This document shows, piece after piece, positions 57,472-64,000 of a stretch of DNA of 64,000 bases. Source of the stretch: an uncultured Gammaproteobacteria bacterium. Its GTDB lineage: Bacteria; Patescibacteriota; Patescibacteriia; Magasanikbacterales; GWA2-37-8. Both the position numbers and the translations under genes were made by a program. Numbering within the stretch: the stretch's first letter is position 1; each line of letters starts with the position of its first letter. Under the pieces are notes generated by a model. That model searched no databases. It saw nothing but the letters and a program-made list of their open reading frames with translations, and was not told the origin of the DNA. Location: NCBI GenBank assembly GCA_964536725.1, contig CAZHYJ010000001.1:121081-185080 (forward strand), written 5' to 3'.

Positions 57472-58692
57472 ATGTCCGAGATTACAAAGGCAATTCAAGC
57501 GTTGTGTGACGAAAAGGGTTTGTCGTATGATGCAGTAATGGAAACGATTGAATCGGCGTTGGCCGCTGCTTATCGTAAGGATTTTGGTAATAAACAGCAA
57601 AATATCAAGGTAAAATTTGATCCTGAAACTGGCGATATGCAGGCTTGGGATATAAAAACTGTGGTGGAAGATATCGAGGAAGAGGTGCTAGAAAAGGCCC
57701 AAGAAGAGGCTAACGCTCGTCGTGAGAAAGCACGCGAAGAGGGGCGTGATTTGACTCCGGAAGAATTGGAAGATTTGCCAAAGTTCAACCCTAAAACTGA
57801 AATGATGTTAACTGCTGCCAAAGAGGTGAGTAAAAAAGCTAAGGTGGGAGAAGTCTTGGAAATTGTTTTGGAAATTCCAGGTTCTTTTGGAAGAATGGCA
57901 GCCCAAACCGCTAAACAGGTAATTATCCAAAAAATTCGTGAAGCGGAACGCTCTTCAGTGTTTGATGACTTCAAGAAACAAGAAGGTCAAATTATCGTTG
58001 GTACTATCCAACGAGCGGAGAACCGCAAAGTGTTGATTGACTTGGGTAAAATTACTGGTATTTTGTTGTTTGAAGAACAGATTGCCCGCGAACAATATCG
58101 CCCAGGTGCGCGTATGAAGTTTTTTGTCCTATCTGTCGGTATGACCGTGCGTGGTCCAGAGATTGTTTTGTCTCGCGCTAACGGCGGAATGGTAAAAGAA
58201 ATTTTCCGTCAAGAAATTCCAGAAATTGAAAGCGGTTCGGTAGAAATTAAAGGTGTAGCACGTGATGCTGGTTGGCGTTCGAAGGTGGCAGTAGCGACCG
58301 ATGACGGAGCAATCGATCCAGTAGGCGCCTGTATCGGTCAGCGTGGTGCACGTATCAATACTATTATCGAAGAATTGGGTGGAGAAAAAATTGATATTAT
58401 CACTTGGAGTGAAAAGGCAGAAGAGTATATTGCCAAATCACTTTCTCCTGCTAAAGTGTTACATGTAAAATTAAACGATGTAGAAAAGACCGCTGAAGTA
58501 TTTGTTGCTCCTGATCAATTCTCTTTAGCAATTGGTCGCAACGGTCAGAACGTACGCTTGGCTTCTGAGTTGACTGGTTGGCGTCTTAATGTAAAAGAAG
58601 AGGGTGGTAGTCTAGAGATGTCGAGTGACGATGCTGTTGTCCCAGCAGAAATTGCCGACGAGTCAAAAGATGAGGTTGAAGAAAGTAAATAA
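57472..58692 (+). CDS. nusA: Transcription termination/antitermination factor NusA
   Basis: FGRMAAQTAKQ, S1 and KH domains, DPVGACIG, AIGRNGQNVRLA. Confidence 0.97.
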   Translation: MSEITKAIQALCDEKGLSYDAVMETIESALAAAYRKDFGNKQQNIKVKFDPETGDMQAWDIKTVVEDIEEEVLEKAQEEANARREKAREEGRDLTPEELEDLPKFNPKTEMMLTAAKEVSKKAKVGEVLEIVLEIPGSFGRMAAQTAKQVIIQKIREAERSSVFDDFKKQEGQIIVGTIQRAENRKVLIDLGKITGILLFEEQIAREQYRPGARMKFFVLSVGMTVRGPEIVLSRANGGMVKEIFRQEIPEIESGSVEIKGVARDAGWRSKVAVATDDGAIDPVGACIGQRGARINTIIEELGGEKIDIITWSEKAEEYIAKSLSPAKVLHVKLNDVEKTAEVFVAPDQFSLAIGRNGQNVRLASELTGWRLNVKEEGGSLEMSSDDAVVPAEIADESKDEVEESK

Positions 58693-58698
58693 AATATT

Positions 58699-59442
58699 AT
58701 GTCATCAATTTTTAACACAATTCTGTTTCAACCTTTATTCAATATTTTTGTTGGTCTATACAATCTTGTGCCGGGCCACGATGTTGGTGTGGTAATTTTG
58801 ATTATCACTGTATTGATTCGTTTAGTTTTGTATCCGCTAACCAATCACTCGATCAAATCACAAAAAGCAATGCAAGAGTTACAACCTAAACTGGAAGAGA
58901 TTAAAAAACAATATGCTGGTGATCAACAGAAGCAGGCGCAAGCTACAATGGAGTTGTATAAAACTGGCAAAGTAAATCCATTGGCTTCTTGTTTGCCACT
59001 ATTAATTCAGTTGCCGATTTTGATCGCGCTGTATTGGGTGTTTTCTTCTAGTTTAGATGCCAAGACAATCGCCAAGACTTTACAAGACAACCTCTATCCT
59101 TTTATCGCCAATCCTGGTTCAATTAACCCGGTAACGATGTGGGTATTCAATTTGGCAGTAGCTAGTCCGGTGCTGGCAGTTTTGGCCGGCGCCGCCCAAT
59201 ATTTGCAGGCTAAAACAATGATGAAAAAAACTCCGGCAGTTGCTACGACTGATGCTCCAAGCAAAGAACAGAGCATGGCTTCGATGATGAACAAACAGAT
59301 GTTGTATTTCATGCCAGCCTTAACAGTTTTGATCGGTTTTAGTTTGCCTGCTGGTTTGACCTTGTATTGGTTCTGGAGTACATTATTGATGGCGGGACAA
59401 CAGTGGTTGGTCAATCGAATTACTCCTGAAAAAAAATCTTAA
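58699..59442 (+). CDS. yidC: Membrane protein insertase YidC/Oxa1
   Basis: IRLVLYPL, MQELQP, NPLASCLPLLIQLPI, PAGLTLYW. Confidence 0.93.
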   Translation: MSSIFNTILFQPLFNIFVGLYNLVPGHDVGVVILIITVLIRLVLYPLTNHSIKSQKAMQELQPKLEEIKKQYAGDQQKQAQATMELYKTGKVNPLASCLPLLIQLPILIALYWVFSSSLDAKTIAKTLQDNLYPFIANPGSINPVTMWVFNLAVASPVLAVLAGAAQYLQAKTMMKKTPAVATTDAPSKEQSMASMMNKQMLYFMPALTVLIGFSLPAGLTLYWFWSTLLMAGQQWLVNRITPEKKS

Positions 59443-59446
59443 AAAT

Positions 59447-59710
59447 ATGTTAATGGACTGGCGCAAGGTAAATGGTTTGCCGGTTTATACAGTCTCTGGT
59501 AGTAAATTAGGAAAAATATCATCGGTTGTTTTTGATATTGATTCAAATGTAGTTTTTCAATATGAAGTGCGAACGCGCCCTATTGGCGGTCGCACTTTTT
59601 TAATTAATCCAAGCCAGATCGTGGAGTGGGGTGGCGACAAAGTTGTTGTTGAGGATAGCATATCGAAAGATTTTTCACCCATTAGTTTGGCTAGTGATGT
59701 TAACGCTTAA
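59447..59710 (+). CDS. PRC-barrel domain protein
   Basis: GLPVYT.SG..LGKI...D pattern. Confidence 0.75.
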   Translation: MLMDWRKVNGLPVYTVSGSKLGKISSVVFDIDSNVVFQYEVRTRPIGGRTFLINPSQIVEWGGDKVVVEDSISKDFSPISLASDVNA

Positions 59711-59714
59711 ATAT

Positions 59715-60539
59715 ATGGTAGATAAAATGGAAACAGAGGCGGGGTATTTCAGCAATGAAAAAACGGGGGACAAAGAAATATCAAAAGGCGATCAAAGTGC
59801 CTGGCAGGGCATTCCTGGGTTAACAGAATATCGACATATTGATCGCATTCGTAAGGATCGAATCAATCGTTGGCTCGGGCCAGACGGCGCAGCGGTGGCG
59901 ACGGAGGAATTTGATTGGAATAAATCATTTGCCCCGGTGATTGAGCAGCTGAGCCGAGTAAAAGAGGAGGAGTTGCTGGCGCAAAAACAAGCCGAGGCCG
60001 AAAAGGAGGGGGTAGATGTGTCTGATGTAATGAAGAGAGCAGAGATTGCGCACCAAGTAAGCGCTGAAGTCGCTGATGAATTTAGTGATGTTAATGCTTT
60101 ATATAATACAATTAGCAAGAACCGTGAACGATTGAAGATAATAGCAGGAGGTGTTCCGCCTGAGTTCCAAAATTTGGCGGGCGTTAAGGGGGCGGATAAT
60201 TATTTCCTTGTGCAAGGTGGATCGCGCGCGGATAATGAAAAGGAGGTTTTCACAAATTTAGAGAGCCTGAACAATGCCGGAGGTAACATTAAATTGGATC
60301 GGATTTTTTCGCACTTGGGTGGTGTGACTGAGGGGCATGGTGACAAGGATTTTTTTGGTTGGAAATTAACTGTGGGTGGCCACGAATTTGTTTTTGTCTG
60401 GAATCCAGATGAGAGTGATGATAAAGAAGGTTCTAAGAAAGATGTTCTGGGCAAAGAGGTGCCTGAGCAAGAAGTTGACGGGGGAGATAAAAATCCGAGC
60501 GACAGTGAACAGGCAGATGAATTCAAAATAGCCGCTTAG
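59715..60539 (+). CDS. Hypothetical acidic protein
   Basis: Long ORF in line with upstream genes; ATG at 59715; no motif recognised. Confidence 0.65.
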   Translation: MVDKMETEAGYFSNEKTGDKEISKGDQSAWQGIPGLTEYRHIDRIRKDRINRWLGPDGAAVATEEFDWNKSFAPVIEQLSRVKEEELLAQKQAEAEKEGVDVSDVMKRAEIAHQVSAEVADEFSDVNALYNTISKNRERLKIIAGGVPPEFQNLAGVKGADNYFLVQGGSRADNEKEVFTNLESLNNAGGNIKLDRIFSHLGGVTEGHGDKDFFGWKLTVGGHEFVFVWNPDESDDKEGSKKDVLGKEVPEQEVDGGDKNPSDSEQADEFKIAA

Positions 60540-60542
60540 CTA

Positions 60543-60614
60543 TTTTCAAAACTTTCATTGAGGAGCTTAGGGAGTCTCGCGACGACCGCGGCTCTGAAAT
60601 GAAAGTTTTGAAAA
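60543..60614 (-). repeat. Palindromic intergenic repeat, family B copy 1
   Basis: 17-bp outer inverted repeat enclosing the reverse complement of the core at 63110-63149. Confidence 0.85.
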
Positions 60615-60624
60615 GATAAAACCT

Positions 60625-61590
60625 ATGAATACTGACGCTCTCGAAAAAACAATTTTACGAACTCTTGTGTATTTTGATATTTTTTCTTTACCCTTAAAAG
60701 GCGAGGAACTTTTTAATTTTCTTTGGCGCCCGCCGGCTTTGAATAAAAATGAATTTTTTTCTGGTCTGGAAATTTTAGTGGGACAAGGAAAGGTTGGTAG
60801 ACAAGATGGGTATTATTTTCTTCCCAACAAAGAATCGATTGTTAGTGACCACCTGATCAAAAAAGAAATCTGTGCAAAAAAAATGAAGCGAGCTAAGCGT
60901 GCCGCGCGGCTTTTGAGTTTTGTTCCTTTTTTGAATGCGATATTTTTGTGTAATAGTGTGGCGGCCGGTACGGCAACGGAAAAAAGTGATATTGATTTTT
61001 TAATTGTTGTTACTCCGGGTCGTTTGTGGTTAGTACGGGCGATAGTAAATTTTCTGTTACGATTAACTGGTAAACGCACCTATGGCAAAAAACTTGCCAA
61101 CCGAATTTGCTTATCTTTTTTTGTCGATGAAAAAAGTTTGGATTTTTCTAATTTACGTTCCACCGAAGAAGACATCCACTTTGCTTATTGGACTCACCAA
61201 ACTGTTCCGTTGTTTGACCCGTATTATCTCTGGCGTGAGTTTATCAAAGCAAATCAATGGACAGTACGATATTTGCCACATGTGCGGGACAACAAATGGA
61301 CACCGCCATTGGTGATGTTGGGTAATGGGAAAAGAATTTGGCGTCGGACATGGGAAAAATTTTGGACAGGTTGGTATGGTGATTTATTGGAGCGCCAAGC
61401 CGATGGTTTGGGACGGCAGGGGATGAAGTTGAGTCTAAAAGGAAAAGCGGAGTTGAACGATAAAGGAGTGGTATTGAGTAAAAAAGTAATTAAGTTACAT
61501 GAAGATGATAAACGATTGGCAGTGAGGGAAGAATGGGTTAAAAGATTGGATGCAGAAAAACAACAGGCATTCGCAATCTGCGAGGCTTAA
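60625..61590 (+). CDS. Nucleotidyltransferase-fold protein (CPR-type)
   Basis: NSVA.G.A...SDIDFLIV pol-beta-like motif, N-terminal YFDIF..PL, ICLSFF. Confidence 0.7.
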   Translation: MNTDALEKTILRTLVYFDIFSLPLKGEELFNFLWRPPALNKNEFFSGLEILVGQGKVGRQDGYYFLPNKESIVSDHLIKKEICAKKMKRAKRAARLLSFVPFLNAIFLCNSVAAGTATEKSDIDFLIVVTPGRLWLVRAIVNFLLRLTGKRTYGKKLANRICLSFFVDEKSLDFSNLRSTEEDIHFAYWTHQTVPLFDPYYLWREFIKANQWTVRYLPHVRDNKWTPPLVMLGNGKRIWRRTWEKFWTGWYGDLLERQADGLGRQGMKLSLKGKAELNDKGVVLSKKVIKLHEDDKRLAVREEWVKRLDAEKQQAFAICEA

Positions 61591-61638
61591 GAGTACAGCC
61601 GATGAAAAAAGATTTGAATTGAGCAACACATAACTAGT

Positions 61639-62259
61639 ATGAACATTTACCTCGACGAATCATACAACCTACAAAAATCCAAAGGCAAAATGTTTATTAG
61701 TATTAATGGTTTTGCGGTTTTAGATGACCATGCACTTCGTAAACGCTGGAAAATGATTCGTAAGTCTTATTCCCAATCAAAACGCAGGATTCACGCTGTG
61801 GATTCTCATTTTGAAGAGTTAAGAGATAAAAGCATCAAACTACTTGATAAACATGATGTAAATATTCTGTCAGTGTTTCAATTGATTCAAGAAATCCCTT
61901 ATGATTATTTTGATAAAGAGGGTATGGATTTTGATTTTGTGTATATTGATTTACTAAAAAAATTATTTGTGGAATCAACTCTGGGAGAGTATCGAAAAGT
62001 TAAAATTATTATAGATGCACGAAAGCACAAGGGTGGAAAACTGGTGGAAAAAAAATTCCAAAAAGAAGTTGAGATTTTTCTTAAAAATCAATTTCCTCAC
62101 ACCAGCTGCATTTACAAAGCTACACCATCATACTTGGATATTCTGGTTGAATTAGCCGACTTTGTTTCCAATACTTTTTATAAAAGCTACCAAAATGATT
62201 CCGACCAAATATTTGAAAACATTAGTTTTAGATTAATACAAATCAAAAACCCGCTATAA
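61639..62259 (+). CDS. DUF3800-like protein (predicted RNase H-like fold)
   Basis: N-terminal IYLDES, central IIIDAR, C-terminal ELADFVS acidic motif pattern. Confidence 0.75.
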   Translation: MNIYLDESYNLQKSKGKMFISINGFAVLDDHALRKRWKMIRKSYSQSKRRIHAVDSHFEELRDKSIKLLDKHDVNILSVFQLIQEIPYDYFDKEGMDFDFVYIDLLKKLFVESTLGEYRKVKIIIDARKHKGGKLVEKKFQKEVEIFLKNQFPHTSCIYKATPSYLDILVELADFVSNTFYKSYQNDSDQIFENISFRLIQIKNPL

Positions 62260-62364
62260 AAGCGGATTCTTATAAAAGAGCCTTTTGGGAATGTCTTCGT
62301 TTCAACGGGATGTTCCTGGTAGAGAACGCCCTCCACGAAGCTTTACCCTAAGGACTTATCTTCT
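62245..62364 (-). ncRNA. Candidate DUF3800-associated structured RNA
   Basis: Promoter TTGACA-18-TATAAT (62400-62371), nested stems, terminator ATCCGC-TTTTATA-GCGGGT-TTTT overlapping the DUF3800 stop. Confidence 0.65.
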
Positions 62365-62504
62365 AAAGACATTATATCAAACCAACGGGCTTTTTGTCAA
62401 TAACTGCGGATTTACTTACGTATCATACCCTTAGCTTCATTGTGTGGTTGCAACCACAACCACAGGGTGTTGACACGGTTGCGATAGGGAGGTAAAATAT
62501 AGGC

Positions 62505-62635
62505 TCCAATGAAAAAGCTTAGAGATAGAGGCAGACGCTTTGGCCCGCCATCGTTTATGCTCACACCTAGACAGGCATGAGTTTAAACAAATATGGACGA
62601 CCGAAAGAGTTCGCCTCTATCCCTGGGCTTTTTTT
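62505..62635 (+). ncRNA. Candidate rod-shaped small RNA
   Basis: Promoter TTGACA-17-TAAAAT (62470-62498); AAGCTTAG-A-GATAGAGGC pairs with GCCTCTATC-C-CTGGGCTT; nested inner stems; 3' T tract. Confidence 0.55.
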
Positions 62636-62718
62636 AAATCCGTTAAAATTTGGTTGTGGATAATGCGTGGATAGGGTTTCTTGACAATCCATGATAATGT
62701 TGTAAAATGATAATGTTA

Positions 62719-62745
62719 TTATCACTCGAATAATTAGAGTGATAA
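62719..62745 (+). promoter_or_regulatory. CIRCE (HrcA operator) variant
   Basis: TTATCACTC-N9-GAGTGATAA downstream of a TTGACA..TAAAAT promoter (62681-62708) and upstream of groES. Confidence 0.85.
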
Positions 62746-62786
62746 AAAGTCGGTTTAATTTATGTTTATTCTTAAACATTAAATAT

Positions 62787-64000
<1,214 letters not shown>

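Noticed and set aside
60625-61590. CBASS cyclase or MNT-HEPN toxin-antitoxin pair with the DUF3800 gene
   Set aside because: No CD-NTase-specific features, Cap effector or HEPN RxxxxH partner visible; adjacency alone is insufficient
62655-62674. Replication origin
   Set aside because: Only one perfect and one imperfect DnaA box, with no dnaA/dnaN or obvious unwinding element nearby

Overview
A gene-dense, AT-rich bacterial chromosomal segment in the standard genetic code (TGA is a stop). Gene content, protein style, scarce Shine-Dalgarno motifs and fragmented housekeeping operons suggest Patescibacteria/CPR (Parcubacteria-like); this taxonomy is inference. Most of the window is housekeeping: ileS (partial), ruvA, gatB, a six-gene dTTP operon, rplA, miaB/miaA, an ADP-forming acetate-CoA ligase, lemA/htpX, rseP, pheST, dnaE, tsaD, two HU genes, rny, typA, truB, infB, trxA, gdh, mutM, leuS, split comEC, nusA, yidC, groES/groEL (partial), and two tRNAs. 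Most interesting: (1) a DUF3800-like RNase H-fold gene facing a convergent ~120-nt structured RNA unit with its own consensus promoter and terminator, back-to-back with a second rod-shaped RNA unit; (2) a tRNA-Glu-anchored island of single-gene cassettes separated by degenerate tRNA-3'-like repeats, with no integrase in the window; (3) an operon of two ATP-grasp ligases plus a lysine 2,3-aminomutase behind a possible attenuator; (4) dispersed palindromic repeats sharing a TCG...CTC / GCGA-loop pattern, with a related element in frame inside leuS; (5) a degenerate pyruvate kinase coupled to a phosphohistidine-swivel protein. All calls are by eye; no searches or folding programs were run.
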